A DNA stretch of 64,000 bases, taken from an uncultured Chloroflexia bacterium. Its GTDB lineage: Bacteria > Chloroflexota > Anaerolineae > Anaerolineales > Anaerolineaceae. The stretch covers positions 7,916-71,915 of the forward strand of contig CAVZGM010000003.1 of NCBI GenBank assembly GCA_963774925.1, read 5' to 3'. Position 1 is the stretch's first letter. Each line of letters starts with the position of its first letter. The translations under genes were made by a program, and so were the position numbers. Of the stretch, positions 46,997-56,742 are shown piece after piece. The notes under the pieces were generated by a model. It was not told the origin of the DNA and did no database searches. It saw only the letters and a list, made by a program, of their open reading frames with translations.

Positions 46997-48259
46997 TCAA
47001 TTACCTTCAGGTGTCGAGTGAATGGTCACCAAACCGTCACGGATCAGAAAGATAAATCCGTTGACATGGTAGACTCCCTCTCTGCAAGCCCCTGAACGAA
47101 TCGCGTTCAAGATCAGATTGCTTAAAACATCTGGGTTTTCCTGCTCTCCCTCCCGCATGGGACCCAGTTGGCAGGTTCGGGCGGTAGGTACGAGCTCCTT
47201 ATTTTCCACGATAAAATCGATCATCATGGCTGAGGCTGTGATTCGCGGAATCGCATAAGGGTTGAAATTTTCAGAGAAGTATGAAGGGGTGAATTGCTTC
47301 GCATCCAAGTTGTAGGCTTCCATCACCGCCTTGACAGGTTTACCTTCCGGGTTCTTATAACTGAGGATTATCTCCTTACCCGATTCAGTAGCCGGCCATC
47401 TGCCTTCAGGCAAAGCAATGATATTATCCAAAGAAGGTATTAAATCCTCCCGCCCAACTTCAGACAATCTCTCTCTTAATACTCGATCGTTTCCCCACAA
47501 TTGAGGATTGATGATTGAATCGGGATGAACAGAGAGGTCCGGATGAAGAAGTGTATGGTTATATACCTCCACACCATTCTCCAATGCCCAAACAATCGTA
47601 TTCCCCAATGTCTGCCGCCATAACTTCGAATTCCAGTCCTGGCCATCCGAAATCAAGAACCGATCTCCAACTTGTTTGTCTGGGAAAAATTTATCCCCCA
47701 TAACCGAGAAAACCGCAACATGAAAACCAAAATCAGGATGAGCGTTGGAAAACTCCCAAAGTAATCCAATTCCAGATAAAGGTGAAGGGTTACCATCTGG
47801 TTGAATGAATAGGGTATCCCCTTGCCAAACGTCATCGATTGTCAGGATTAGAGGCTTTCTGCCTGGAGGAACAATAAATGATCCATCGATCCAGCTTTTC
47901 AAGCTTATTAGGCTAAATCCGCTATCATAAAAGGCTTGGAGTTCTCTTGAAAATTCACTTAATTGCATCTTGACGGCTGTGTTAGGACCAAAATGGTCTG
48001 GAAAGAACCGGTGATAGATCAGGATCGGTACCTGCAGGTCACCGGCAAAGTACATTGCCTCCGCGTATACTGGCACTTCGGTTGGCGTAGGTGTTGGTGG
48101 CACCGGCGTAGAGGTTGGCTCAGGCGTCGCCGTGCTGGTCGCGGTAGGTGTAGGGCGGAAACCGTTCACAATGCTGCAGCCTGTAGAATTCACAACGATA
48201 AATGCGATTGCCAGAAATAAAATATAAATCTTGGTGTATTTATCCATACCAGTAAACAC
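46997..48259 (-). CDS. Secreted lipoprotein, possibly NodB-like polysaccharide deacetylase fold
   Basis: Lipobox VNSTGC, Pro/Thr linker, and LILTIDDVW resembling the TFDD motif. Assignment is weak. Confidence 0.4.
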   Translation of the reverse strand: MFTGMDKYTKIYILFLAIAFIVVNSTGCSIVNGFRPTPTATSTATPEPTSTPVPPTPTPTEVPVYAEAMYFAGDLQVPILIYHRFFPDHFGPNTAVKMQLSEFSRELQAFYDSGFSLISLKSWIDGSFIVPPGRKPLILTIDDVWQGDTLFIQPDGNPSPLSGIGLLWEFSNAHPDFGFHVAVFSVMGDKFFPDKQVGDRFLISDGQDWNSKLWRQTLGNTIVWALENGVEVYNHTLLHPDLSVHPDSIINPQLWGNDRVLRERLSEVGREDLIPSLDNIIALPEGRWPATESGKEIILSYKNPEGKPVKAVMEAYNLDAKQFTPSYFSENFNPYAIPRITASAMMIDFIVENKELVPTARTCQLGPMREGEQENPDVLSNLILNAIRSGACREGVYHVNGFIFLIRDGLVTIHSTPEGN

Positions 48260-48287
48260 TCTCGTTTTCAGGGTTCAGAAACCCGGA

Positions 48288-49829
48288 TTATAAACCTGCC
48301 CGTTCCATCAGAATTTTTTTCAACGCGGTTTCCTTCGGAGTGATCTTCTCCATGAGCCGCATGGTCTCAACAGCAAGGTCACCCGCCCGAACAGGATGCT
48401 CGAGTGATTTGAGGTTGATGTTTACGTTCAATGCTGCACTTTTCATCGCCGCGACCGCAAGATTTGCTGCCGATGCTGCGTCCGATATGGCATTCACGTT
48501 CCCTTTTTCCGCCGCGACCAGGGCAAGGTCCAGGACCTGTTTGCTCAACACGGCTGCTTTCAGTGGAACATTCGCAGCATGAATGGTGGCATTTTCCATT
48601 GCTGCTGCACGAACTGCCTTTTGATCATCGGTATCCTTTGGAAGTCTCATGGCATCCAGAAAGCCATTGAATGCATCAGCATCTTCCTTCACGCAAGCGG
48701 TCAATTCTGCCCGCAACCGTTCGGCATCCAGAACCAGCTCTTTCATTGTTGCTTCAACTTCAATATACTTCTTCTTGCCAATGGTGACACGCCCGACCAT
48801 CGCGACCAACGCGGCTGCCTCAGCCGCCGTGAACGCCGCCGCGGAACCTCCTCCCGGGGTGGGCTGCTCGCTCGCCAGCTCATCCAGGAAAGCGGCACCC
48901 GCGATTCCCGAGCTTTCTTCGCCTGTTTGATTTGCATAGAGGCGGGTTTCCAGGATCTGTTGTGACTCGAATTGATCAAGCTGGGTATACCACACGGCGG
49001 TGTCCACCAGTGCAGCCTGCGGGATCAACCCCACCAGCTCGCTGTGGTGAATCCCGACTCCATACCGTTCCGCTTCCCGCCTGACCATTTCGACGACGCG
49101 GGGAATGGGTGTCTGGCGAAAGTTGGTCAGGTTCATCGAGACCTGCGCCAAGCCATCCACGATCACCCCCATCGCTTTAACAAAGCGTAGACCTCCAGAG
49201 GAATGCCTGACTGCTTTTGCCACCTTCTGTGCGACCGCCAGGTCAGCCGTCGCCAGGTAAATGTTGAATGCGATCAGGGGAGCTCGCGCACCGATGACAG
49301 TTGCCCCGGCACTTCCCAGTGCAGAAGGACCAAAATCCGGTTTACGGTCAGAATTTGTAAGGATTTCCGATTTTAGACCCTCATACTGCCCTTTGCGAAT
49401 ATTTTCAAGGTTCTGCCTTTCCGGTCTTGTTGCGGCTTCTTCATATAAATACACAGGAATTAATAGCTTTTCTCCGACCCTTTTTCCCAAATCGCGTGCC
49501 AATTCCACACACTCATTCATCGTGATGTCCGCAATCGGTACAAAAGGCACTACATCGGTCGCACCGATTCGAGGATGAGCACCATTGTGCTCATTCAGAT
49601 CGATCAGTTCCTGGGCTTTCTGAATGGATCGGTAAGCGGCTTCACTCACCGCATCTGGCGCTCCAACCATGGTGATCACAGTGCGGTTGTGGTCCATATC
49701 CGAATGGCGGTCAAGCAGATTGACGCCGGGAACAGACAGGATCGTCTGGATGATCGCGTCAACGACCTCTCCTCTGCGGGCTTCAGAATAATTCGGAATG
49801 CATTCAACCAGGGGTTGCGCCATAATCAC
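48288..49829 (-). CDS. ftcD: Bifunctional glutamate formimidoyltransferase / formimidoyl-THF cyclodeaminase
   Basis: LVECIPNYSEAR N-domain and FLDELAS..PTPGGGSAAAF...MVGRVTIGKKKY cyclodeaminase domain in one 513-aa ORF. Confidence 0.85.
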   Translation of the reverse strand: MIMAQPLVECIPNYSEARRGEVVDAIIQTILSVPGVNLLDRHSDMDHNRTVITMVGAPDAVSEAAYRSIQKAQELIDLNEHNGAHPRIGATDVVPFVPIADITMNECVELARDLGKRVGEKLLIPVYLYEEAATRPERQNLENIRKGQYEGLKSEILTNSDRKPDFGPSALGSAGATVIGARAPLIAFNIYLATADLAVAQKVAKAVRHSSGGLRFVKAMGVIVDGLAQVSMNLTNFRQTPIPRVVEMVRREAERYGVGIHHSELVGLIPQAALVDTAVWYTQLDQFESQQILETRLYANQTGEESSGIAGAAFLDELASEQPTPGGGSAAAFTAAEAAALVAMVGRVTIGKKKYIEVEATMKELVLDAERLRAELTACVKEDADAFNGFLDAMRLPKDTDDQKAVRAAAMENATIHAANVPLKAAVLSKQVLDLALVAAEKGNVNAISDAASAANLAVAAMKSAALNVNINLKSLEHPVRAGDLAVETMRLMEKITPKETALKKILMERAGL

Positions 49830-49858
49830 CTCATGGACAAAATTTTAAGAATTATAAC

Positions 49859-51004
49859 CTAACTGCTTTTAGTCTCCTGACCTTTGGCTTCTTCCCAAAG
49901 CCGATCCATTTCCTCCAGGGTCATGCTGGTCATCTCCCTGTCCATTTCCCTGGCGCGTCGTTCGATAAAAGCAAACCGCTTCCGAAACTTTTGGTTCGCC
50001 TGGCGCAGTGCCGACTCAGCATCAACTTCGTACCACCTTACCAGGTTCACCATGGCAAAGAGCAAGTCCCCCAGCTCTTCCGCTTCCTGCGGTTTACCCA
50101 GGGCGGTTTTCAACTCCTCGAGTTCCTCGAAAACCTTGGCGAGCACCGGCTTAATCTCAGGCCAGTCGAACCCCACCCTCGCTGCCCGCTGCTGCAAAGC
50201 CTGCGCCTGGGAAAGTGCTGGCAGGATGGATGGGATCCCCTCGAGCATACCGCTTGATTCTCCTTTGCCGTTCTCTTCCTTTTCTTCGCGCTTCAACTTA
50301 TCCCAGTTGACCAGTACATCCTTTTCTCCCGTGACGACCACATCATCAAACACATGTGGATGCCTCGAGATGATCTTGCGGTCGATCCCGGAAATGACAT
50401 CGGAAATCTTAAACTCACCATTCTCATTGCCAATCACAGAATGCAAAGCAATTTGCAGCAGAATATCCCCCAGTTCTTCACGAACCGCGGGTATATCCTC
50501 CCGATCCATCGCTTCCAAAGCCTCAAAGGTCTCCTCCATGAGGTAAGTCCGTAAACTGGCATGGGTCTGCTTGCGGTCCCAGGGGCACCCTTCTGGTGAC
50601 CTTAAATGCGTCACGGTGTTCATAAAATGCTCCAGAACAGAAAATCCTTCCAGTGGGGAAATCACGAGAGTAGTAGCTTTGAATTCTGAGTCCCTCAATT
50701 CTCCAAGCGTCAACTCAACATGATCAAGTTCGTTTCCACTACCAAAAGTGGTCAATAATAGAGGCGTGCTTTCAGGGTACGCCCGGGTTAAGAGCAGTTG
50801 CAGACTGCCATAATCCGGTTCACTCTCCGCAAAGTCAAGCATGGTCGCAATCCCGGTATTGAACAGCGGGTAATACGCATTCCAGGTTATGGACGATGGA
50901 ATGATCTGGATGCCATGCTCCAGCCATTCCGGATGCCTGTCCCGGATAAGTGTATACGGTTCGGGTAAATCTCGGATGAATCCGTTTTCCAGGCTATGAG
51001 TCAT
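49859..51004 (-). CDS. mazG: MazG nucleoside triphosphate pyrophosphohydrolase with YabN-like N-terminal domain
   Basis: EETFEALEAM...EELGDILLQIALH and a second MazG repeat EELGDLLFAMVNL. The N-terminal ~130 aa resemble a tetrapyrrole-methylase-like domain. Confidence 0.85.
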   Translation of the reverse strand: MTHSLENGFIRDLPEPYTLIRDRHPEWLEHGIQIIPSSITWNAYYPLFNTGIATMLDFAESEPDYGSLQLLLTRAYPESTPLLLTTFGSGNELDHVELTLGELRDSEFKATTLVISPLEGFSVLEHFMNTVTHLRSPEGCPWDRKQTHASLRTYLMEETFEALEAMDREDIPAVREELGDILLQIALHSVIGNENGEFKISDVISGIDRKIISRHPHVFDDVVVTGEKDVLVNWDKLKREEKEENGKGESSGMLEGIPSILPALSQAQALQQRAARVGFDWPEIKPVLAKVFEELEELKTALGKPQEAEELGDLLFAMVNLVRWYEVDAESALRQANQKFRKRFAFIERRAREMDREMTSMTLEEMDRLWEEAKGQETKSS

Positions 51005-51026
51005 GTCTACCTCGTAAGAAATAAAT

Positions 51027-51102
51027 AATGCAGTCTGTCTTCCGGCTGACCTGATTGGTAAGGAAATTCCTTTCGACCAGGTCAGCCCTCAACGACTGCA
51101 TT
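51027..51102 (-). terminator. Long compound hairpin after rpsI
   Basis: Outer stem aatgcagtc/gactgcatt encloses inner stem ggctgacctg/caggtcagcc. T-rich tract follows on the minus strand. Confidence 0.5.
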
Positions 51103-51125
51103 CTTCTGTTGGGATAAAACCGATT

Positions 51126-51521
51126 CTAACGTTTCGTGTAGGTCGGTGCCTTGCGAGCTCTCTTAAGACCAGGTTTCTTGCGTTCCTTCACGCGTGGATC
51201 GCGGGTAAGGAAGCCGCCTTTACGCAGCAATGAGGTGTTCTCAGCATTGAGCTTCACCAGTGCCCGCGCAAGACCAAGCTGGATGGAATCCGTCTGACCG
51301 GTCACACCGCCGCCATGGACTGTGGCGGTAATATCGAATGTTGCCCGATCCTGCAAAGTAGCACCCAGGGGTCCAAGGATTGCTTCCATGTCACCAGTGC
51401 GTCCAAAGAATTCTTCCACGGGTCTGTCGTTGACTGTAAATTTTCCTGTTCCGGTCATGAGACGGACACGGGCGGTGCTTTCTTTGCGGCGACCGATACC
51501 TTCGTAGTATTGATTCGTCAT
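51126..51521 (-). CDS. rpsI: Ribosomal protein S9
   Basis: YYEGIGRRKES...GGG..GQ...I..G.ARAL, C-terminal ...APTYTKR. Confidence 0.95.
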   Translation of the reverse strand: MTNQYYEGIGRRKESTARVRLMTGTGKFTVNDRPVEEFFGRTGDMEAILGPLGATLQDRATFDITATVHGGGVTGQTDSIQLGLARALVKLNAENTSLLRKGGFLTRDPRVKERKKPGLKRARKAPTYTKR

Positions 51522-51536
51522 ATTTCACTAACTCCT

Positions 51537-51965
51537 TTAAGCAACCAGTTTCGGGTTCTGAGCGGTGTGCGGATGTTCACTTCCGCCGTACACTTTCAGC
51601 CGCTTCAATAAGGCACGACCCATGCGGTTGTGGGGGAGCATCCCCCAAACCGCGGAAGTGATCACACGATCAGGATGCACCTTCATTTGATCGCGCATCA
51701 CAACGGTCTTGAGACCACCCGGGTAATTGGAGTGCTTGTAGTATTTTTTCTCATCCAGGCGTTTCTGGGTGATATCCAGTTTCGAAACATTGATCACCAC
51801 AACAACATCGCCCATATCAACACCAGGGGTGAAGGTCGGCTTGTGTTTTCCGAGCAGGTATGCAGCGATCTGGGTCGCGAGACGACCAAGACTCTGATCT
51901 GTCGCATCCACGAGCAGCCATTCAGGTTCTTGCTTTCCTTTTAGGACGTAAGTCTTGTCCACCAT
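51537..51965 (-). CDS. rplM: Ribosomal protein L13
   Basis: WLLVDATDQSLGRLATQIA. ATG 51965 follows a ggaga RBS (the ORF track extends to 51998). Confidence 0.95.
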   Translation of the reverse strand: MVDKTYVLKGKQEPEWLLVDATDQSLGRLATQIAAYLLGKHKPTFTPGVDMGDVVVVINVSKLDITQKRLDEKKYYKHSNYPGGLKTVVMRDQMKVHPDRVITSAVWGMLPHNRMGRALLKRLKVYGGSEHPHTAQNPKLVA

Positions 51966-51998
51966 ATCTTCTCCATCGAGCTGGGGATTCCAGCCCAT

Positions 51999-52772
51999 TT
52001 ATTCCAAATTATCTTCGACAACATTTCCTCGTTTACCACCAGTGTATTCCACACTGCTCAACACTAATCCATGCGCAGGAGCGAGTCCGGGTTTGATAAG
52101 CACCTGGGAGTCTCTTGCACCGCGGATTTCCTCAAGGGAGAGCAACCCTTTCGCGTAACTCACCTGGACATTCACCAACCGGCGCACCATGTGATACAAG
52201 AAAGCATTTGCTCTAACCTCGTACCTGCAGCCTGTTTCATGTGCCTCCCACTTACTGGAAAACACTTCTCTCACCGTGCTGCTGCCTGGTTTCATCGCTC
52301 TGCCAAAAGCGCTGAAATCATGCCTGCCGATGAACTCTTTTGCTGCATCGTTGAGCTTTTCAAGGTCCAGAGTCGGCCAAACTCGCCAGGCAAATCGCTC
52401 GAGTAACGGCTGCATGAAAGGCTGATGATAGATCGTGTATCGGTAGGAGCGGCTGGAAGCATCATAACGGGGATGGAATTCCGCTTCTGCCCTACCCCCC
52501 TTGACCACCGAGATATCACCTGGAAGCCTTGCATTCAACGCATTACATAAAGCTGCCGGTGAGTGTTTCCATTCCAGTGAAAAGGCGACAACCTGCCCTG
52601 AGGCATGCACTCCGGAATCCGTTCGACCAGCAAAAAGGATGCTCTCCTCCTGCCAGCCTAGTTCCTGCAGCACACCCTCAAATTCAGATTGAACAGTCCT
52701 TGTTTTTCCCTGGCGTTGAAAACCGGAAAACTCAGTACCGTCGTAAGCGAGGATCAGTTGGTAAAGTGCCAT
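51999..52772 (-). CDS. truA: tRNA pseudouridine(38-40) synthase
   Basis: YDGTEFSGFQRQ and GRTDSGVHA catalytic Asp motif. Confidence 0.9.
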   Translation of the reverse strand: MALYQLILAYDGTEFSGFQRQGKTRTVQSEFEGVLQELGWQEESILFAGRTDSGVHASGQVVAFSLEWKHSPAALCNALNARLPGDISVVKGGRAEAEFHPRYDASSRSYRYTIYHQPFMQPLLERFAWRVWPTLDLEKLNDAAKEFIGRHDFSAFGRAMKPGSSTVREVFSSKWEAHETGCRYEVRANAFLYHMVRRLVNVQVSYAKGLLSLEEIRGARDSQVLIKPGLAPAHGLVLSSVEYTGGKRGNVVEDNLE

Positions 52773-52800
52773 TACGATCCACCCAATCGAATTGGATGGA

Positions 52801-53179
52801 TTATTCTTCTACAAGTTCGATCAGAACCATATCGGATGAATCACCCAGACGAGGTCCCAATTTATAGATCCGAGTATAACCACCATTGCGCTCCTCGAAA
52901 CGGGGAGCAATTTCGTCGAACAGCTTCTTGACCAGGGCGTTATCGCCCATTCGCGCAGCTGCCAGTCGGCGGGCGTGCACTTTTTGATCGTCAGTTCCCT
53001 TGCTGCTGCGGCGGGCAAGAGTGATCAACTTTTCAGCTTCACCACGGATGAACAGTGCTTTGGCACGGGTCGTCGTGATTCGCTCATGTTCAAATAATTG
53101 CTTGACCATGGTTCGGCGTAAGCCAGTTCTCTGGTCTTTGGTTCTTCCTAAGTTTAAACCCAGCTACTTGATGTCGCAT
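52801..53179 (-). CDS. rplQ: Ribosomal protein L17, one frame break near 53140
   Basis: MRHQVAGFKL (ATG 53179) lies in one frame, and GRTKDQRTGLRRTMVKQLFEHERITTT... in the ORF 52801-53109 frame. Confidence 0.9.
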
Positions 53180-53185
53180 ATCTGC

Positions 53186-54151
53186 TTACTCCACATCTTT
53201 TTCTTCGAGCAGGAAACCTTTTTCCCGCATCTTGTCGCGCAATTCATCCAGGCTCTTCTCGCCAAAATTGCGGATCGACATCACCGCTTCTTCACCCTTA
53301 TCGAGCAGCTCAAGTACATCGCCCACCGTGGTGATGCCTGTGCGTTTCAATGAGTTGAAAACGCGGACAGACAGATCGAGATTTTCGATCGGCGTTTCAG
53401 CGGCTTCGCTGGTCAGGTGACTGCTGGCGGACTCTCTCTCGATCGCAACCGGGAAGATCTCATCCGTGATCCCTGAGATTAATCTCAAGTGGTCAATGAT
53501 GACCTTGGAGGAATTGCCAAGGGCTTTTTCCGGGGAGATGGTCCCATCGGTCCAGATCTCCAATGTCAACTTATCAAAATTGGTGCTATGTCCCACGCGA
53601 GCGGAACTGACATCAAAGTTGACACGTTTGATTGGGCTGTAGATCGCATCCACAGGTAATTCACCGATTGGAAGCTTACCGCTTCGGTCAGTGGAGGGGG
53701 AATAGCCTCTGCCACGTTCAACGGTGAAATCGATATCCAAACGGGTCTTGGGATCATCAACTGTGAACAGGTATAAGTCGGGGTTGATGATTTCAACCTC
53801 GGCTGGTGCCTGAAGGTCAGCGGCGGTTACAATACCCTCTCCACGCACATCAAGATGCAAGTGCGCGACATCGCCTTCGTGCAGGATCATGCGGACTTGC
53901 TTGACCTGTAAAGTGACCTGGATAACATCCTCACGGACACCAGGCATATCAGCGAATTCATGCATTACATCCGAGATGCGCATGGATGAGATTGCAGCAC
54001 CGTCGAGCGAAGAGAGCAAGGCACGCCGCAGGGCATTTCCCAGGGTGTCGCCGAATCCTCTTTCCAACGGGCTGATCTGAAACCTTCCGTAATTGCGGGC
54101 TTCTGCATCCCGCTCAACTTTCGGTGTGACCATGTTAGTTAGAGCGCACAC
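53186..54151 (-). CDS. rpoA: DNA-directed RNA polymerase alpha subunit; probable start 54133
   Basis: PLERGFGDTLGNALRRALLSS and the C-terminal domain ...VRVFNSLKRTGITTVGDL. Confidence 0.95.
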   Translation of the reverse strand: MCALTNMVTPKVERDAEARNYGRFQISPLERGFGDTLGNALRRALLSSLDGAAISSMRISDVMHEFADMPGVREDVIQVTLQVKQVRMILHEGDVAHLHLDVRGEGIVTAADLQAPAEVEIINPDLYLFTVDDPKTRLDIDFTVERGRGYSPSTDRSGKLPIGELPVDAIYSPIKRVNFDVSSARVGHSTNFDKLTLEIWTDGTISPEKALGNSSKVIIDHLRLISGITDEIFPVAIERESASSHLTSEAAETPIENLDLSVRVFNSLKRTGITTVGDVLELLDKGEEAVMSIRNFGEKSLDELRDKMREKGFLLEEKDVE

Positions 54152-54203
54152 AATTGACCCCTTTCCGAGACAAAATCATGACTTCTCATCGGGTTATCAC
54201 ACA

Positions 54204-54842
54204 TTAGCGTGAGTAGTACTCAACGATCAATTGTTCATTCAAGCTGCCTTCGATCTCAGAGCGTTCAGGAAGCCGGATGACACGACCGGAAAGTTGCTTA
54301 AGGTCACGATCCATCCAAACCGCGCACAAGCGCTTTTCAGCGAGATCTGGTAATTCCTTGAAGAAGGTCAATTTCTTGGCGCCTTCCTCAACAGAAACCG
54401 TATCGCCGGGTTTAATGAGCATGGATGGGATATCAGCACGGCGGCCATTTACAATAAAATGACCATGATTGACAAGCTGGCGTGCCTGGGGTCGGTTTTC
54501 TGCCAGACCCAGTCGGTACACCACGTTATCAAGGCGCATTTCCAGTGTTTGAAGCAGGTTCAAACCGGTCATGCCCCGTGCGCGCAGCGCGATGCTGAAA
54601 GTTCGTCTGAACTGGCGTTCCAACACGCCATAAACCCGGCGGGCGCGTTGTTTCGCGCGCAGCTGACGGGCATAGTCAGACTCACGTTCAGATCGACCCT
54701 GCTTGGATTTCCCGTGCTGTCCGGGAGCAAATCCACGCTTCTCAAAGGAGCACTTTGCAGTGAAGCAACGGCTGCCCTTCAGAAATAATTTTTCACCTTC
54801 ACGCCGGCAAAGTTTGCATGCCGGACCAGTATATTTTGCCAT
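54204..54842 (-). CDS. rpsD: Ribosomal protein S4
   Basis: MAKYTGPACKLCRREG... and an S4 RNA-binding domain. Confidence 0.95.
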   Translation of the reverse strand: MAKYTGPACKLCRREGEKLFLKGSRCFTAKCSFEKRGFAPGQHGKSKQGRSERESDYARQLRAKQRARRVYGVLERQFRRTFSIALRARGMTGLNLLQTLEMRLDNVVYRLGLAENRPQARQLVNHGHFIVNGRRADIPSMLIKPGDTVSVEEGAKKLTFFKELPDLAEKRLCAVWMDRDLKQLSGRVIRLPERSEIEGSLNEQLIVEYYSR

Positions 54843-54860
54843 ATTCTTCCTTCTCCTGTA

Positions 54861-55265
54861 TTACACGCGGCGTTTCTTCGGTGGCCGGCAACCGTTATGT
54901 GGAACAGGGGTGATATCAGCAATCGAACGGACTTTCAATCCCAGGGACTGAACTGCGCGAATAGCTGACTCGCGTCCAGGACCAGGTCCTTTGATGATCA
55001 TGTCCACTTCCTGGACACCCATGTTTTGCGCAGCCTTGATTGCCTGTTCAGCAGCAAGTCGGGCAGCAAACGGCGTGCTCTTGCGAGAGCCTTTGAATCC
55101 CGCCGATCCGGCACTTCCCCAGCAAAGCGCGTTACCCTGCTGATCTGTCACAGTCACGATCGTGTTGTTGAACGACGCGAAAATGTGCACCTGTGCAGAG
55201 GATAGTGTTCGCTTTACCTTTTTGGTCGTACTGGTTCGACGCGTTGAGCGTACATTCTGAGCCAT
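54861..55265 (-). CDS. rpsK: Ribosomal protein S11
   Basis: [18 protein letters not shown]...[16 protein letters not shown]. Confidence 0.95.
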   Translation of the reverse strand: MAQNVRSTRRTSTTKKVKRTLSSAQVHIFASFNNTIVTVTDQQGNALCWGSAGSAGFKGSRKSTPFAARLAAEQAIKAAQNMGVQEVDMIIKGPGPGRESAIRAVQSLGLKVRSIADITPVPHNGCRPPKKRRV

Positions 55266-55378
55266 AATTCCTCGTTATACCTCTTGAATCAGATTCTGTT
55301 TCATACCTTTTCCATAGCCTGGCAAGGCTGCCGCGGGGGAGAGAAGGGACCCCACCCCACCAGGGTATCGGTCAAGGA

Positions 55379-55768
55379 TTACTTCTTGGCGGCTCCACGG
55401 CGTCGTCCGCGACCGGCCACGGTCTTCTTGGGACCCTTGGCAGTACGGGCGTTCGTCCGGGTGCGCTGCCCATGCGCGGGCAAATTACGGCGATGCCGCA
55501 GTCCGCGATAGCAACCGATCTCAATAAGGCGTTTGATGTTCATCTGAACCTCACGGCGCAGATCACCTTCCACCTTAAAGTTCTTGGTAATATACTCTCG
55601 CAAAGCGCCAACTTCCGCTTCGGTCAAGTCCTTGACCCTGATATCCGCGCTAACCTTGGTGGATTTCAGGATCTGGTTTGCACGTGTGGGTCCGATCCCA
55701 AAAATATAGGTCAGACCAACTTCGATCCGCTTATTACGCGGAAGATCAACACCTTCAATTCTCGCCAT
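55379..55768 (-). CDS. rpsM: Ribosomal protein S13
   Basis: [14 protein letters not shown] start at 55768 (the ORF track extends upstream). Confidence 0.95.
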   Translation of the reverse strand: MARIEGVDLPRNKRIEVGLTYIFGIGPTRANQILKSTKVSADIRVKDLTEAEVGALREYITKNFKVEGDLRREVQMNIKRLIEIGCYRGLRHRRNLPAHGQRTRTNARTAKGPKKTVAGRGRRRGAAKK

Positions 55769-55775
55769 ATGTCCT

Positions 55776-55889
55776 TTACCCCTGTCGCTGTTTATGCTTT
55801 GGGTTTTCGCAGATGATATACAAGGTACCACTGCGTTTTACAATTTTGCACTTCGCACATCTCTTGCGAATGGATGTTGAAACTTTCAT
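55776..55889 (-). CDS. rpmJ: Ribosomal protein L36
   Basis: Hand translation gives [37 protein letters not shown]. It is below the ORF-track length cutoff. Confidence 0.9.
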   Translation of the reverse strand: MKVSTSIRKRCAKCKIVKRSGTLYIICENPKHKQRQG

Positions 55890-55937
55890 CTTACGAGCTC
55901 CTTAATACTCCATTAATCCGAAATTCGAATTTTACCA

Positions 55938-56741
55938 CTACTTCCACTTCCCGTCCAGAACCGTCCCGTCTCCCTGCGTAGTAAGGATCATTGGACCATT
56001 CTCTGTGACCGCGATTGTATGCTCAAAATGAGCGGTCAGGGTTCCGTCTGCTGAAGACACTGTCCACTGGTCAGGCAACACCCTTGTGTAAGGGGTGCCG
56101 ACCAACAACATTGGCTCCAGCGCGATGGTCATACCTGCCCTGAGCAGGAACCCGCGGCCTGGCGTGCCGTAATTCGGGGCTTGCGGTCCCTCGTGCATTG
56201 CCCGCCCAACCCCATGTCCGGTGTATTCCCGGGTCACGTGAAAACCACGACTTTCGGCGTAGTTCTGGATGGCGTACGATACGTCACCCAGGTGACCTCC
56301 GGCAACCATCTTTTCGATACCGGCGAACAAAGCCCCTTCTGTGGTCTCCACCAGCTTCCTGGCTTCAGGACTCACCTCACCCACGCAAGCGGTGAAGGCT
56401 GCGTCACCGACATACCCTTCATAAACCGTCCCGCAATCCACCGATACGATGTCCCCTTCCTTGAGCTTGCGCTTTCCGGGGATGCCATGCACCAGCTCGT
56501 GGTTCACGCTGACGTTCGTGCTGGCAGGATAGGGATACGGACCTGGATACCCTTTGAATGGGCTGTAGCAGCCATGCTTTTTCAGCACTTCTTCTGCAGC
56601 CGCATCAAGGTCAGCGGTCGTGACCCCTGGGCGGATGACCGCGCGAGCAGCGGCCAATGCCTCAGCATTGATTCTTCCCGCTCCCCGCATGATCTCCAGT
56701 TCCCTTGCGGTCTTGATGGTGACCTGTCGTTCCCAGGACAT
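55938..56741 (-). CDS. map: Methionine aminopeptidase type I
   Basis: Metal ligands in ...VSVDCG..YEGY.GD.., HGVG and ..LEP.. motifs. Confidence 0.95.
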   Translation of the reverse strand: MSWERQVTIKTARELEIMRGAGRINAEALAAARAVIRPGVTTADLDAAAEEVLKKHGCYSPFKGYPGPYPYPASTNVSVNHELVHGIPGKRKLKEGDIVSVDCGTVYEGYVGDAAFTACVGEVSPEARKLVETTEGALFAGIEKMVAGGHLGDVSYAIQNYAESRGFHVTREYTGHGVGRAMHEGPQAPNYGTPGRGFLLRAGMTIALEPMLLVGTPYTRVLPDQWTVSSADGTLTAHFEHTIAVTENGPMILTTQGDGTVLDGKWK

Positions 56742-56742
56742 G

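Noticed and set aside
1646-53179. Programmed ribosomal frameshifting or genuine pseudogenes as the explanation for the broken genes in the GC-rich part
   Set aside because: The breaks affect unrelated and essential genes (rplQ, uvrA, rsmI) and show no shared slippery heptamer or downstream structure. At least one lies in a homopolymer run. Indel error is simpler.
55266-55378. Regulatory RNA in the 113-bp rpsM-rpsK spacer
   Set aside because: Only short, weak hairpins (agcct/aggct) are visible, and I could derive no convincing structure or known autoregulatory pseudoknot by eye.
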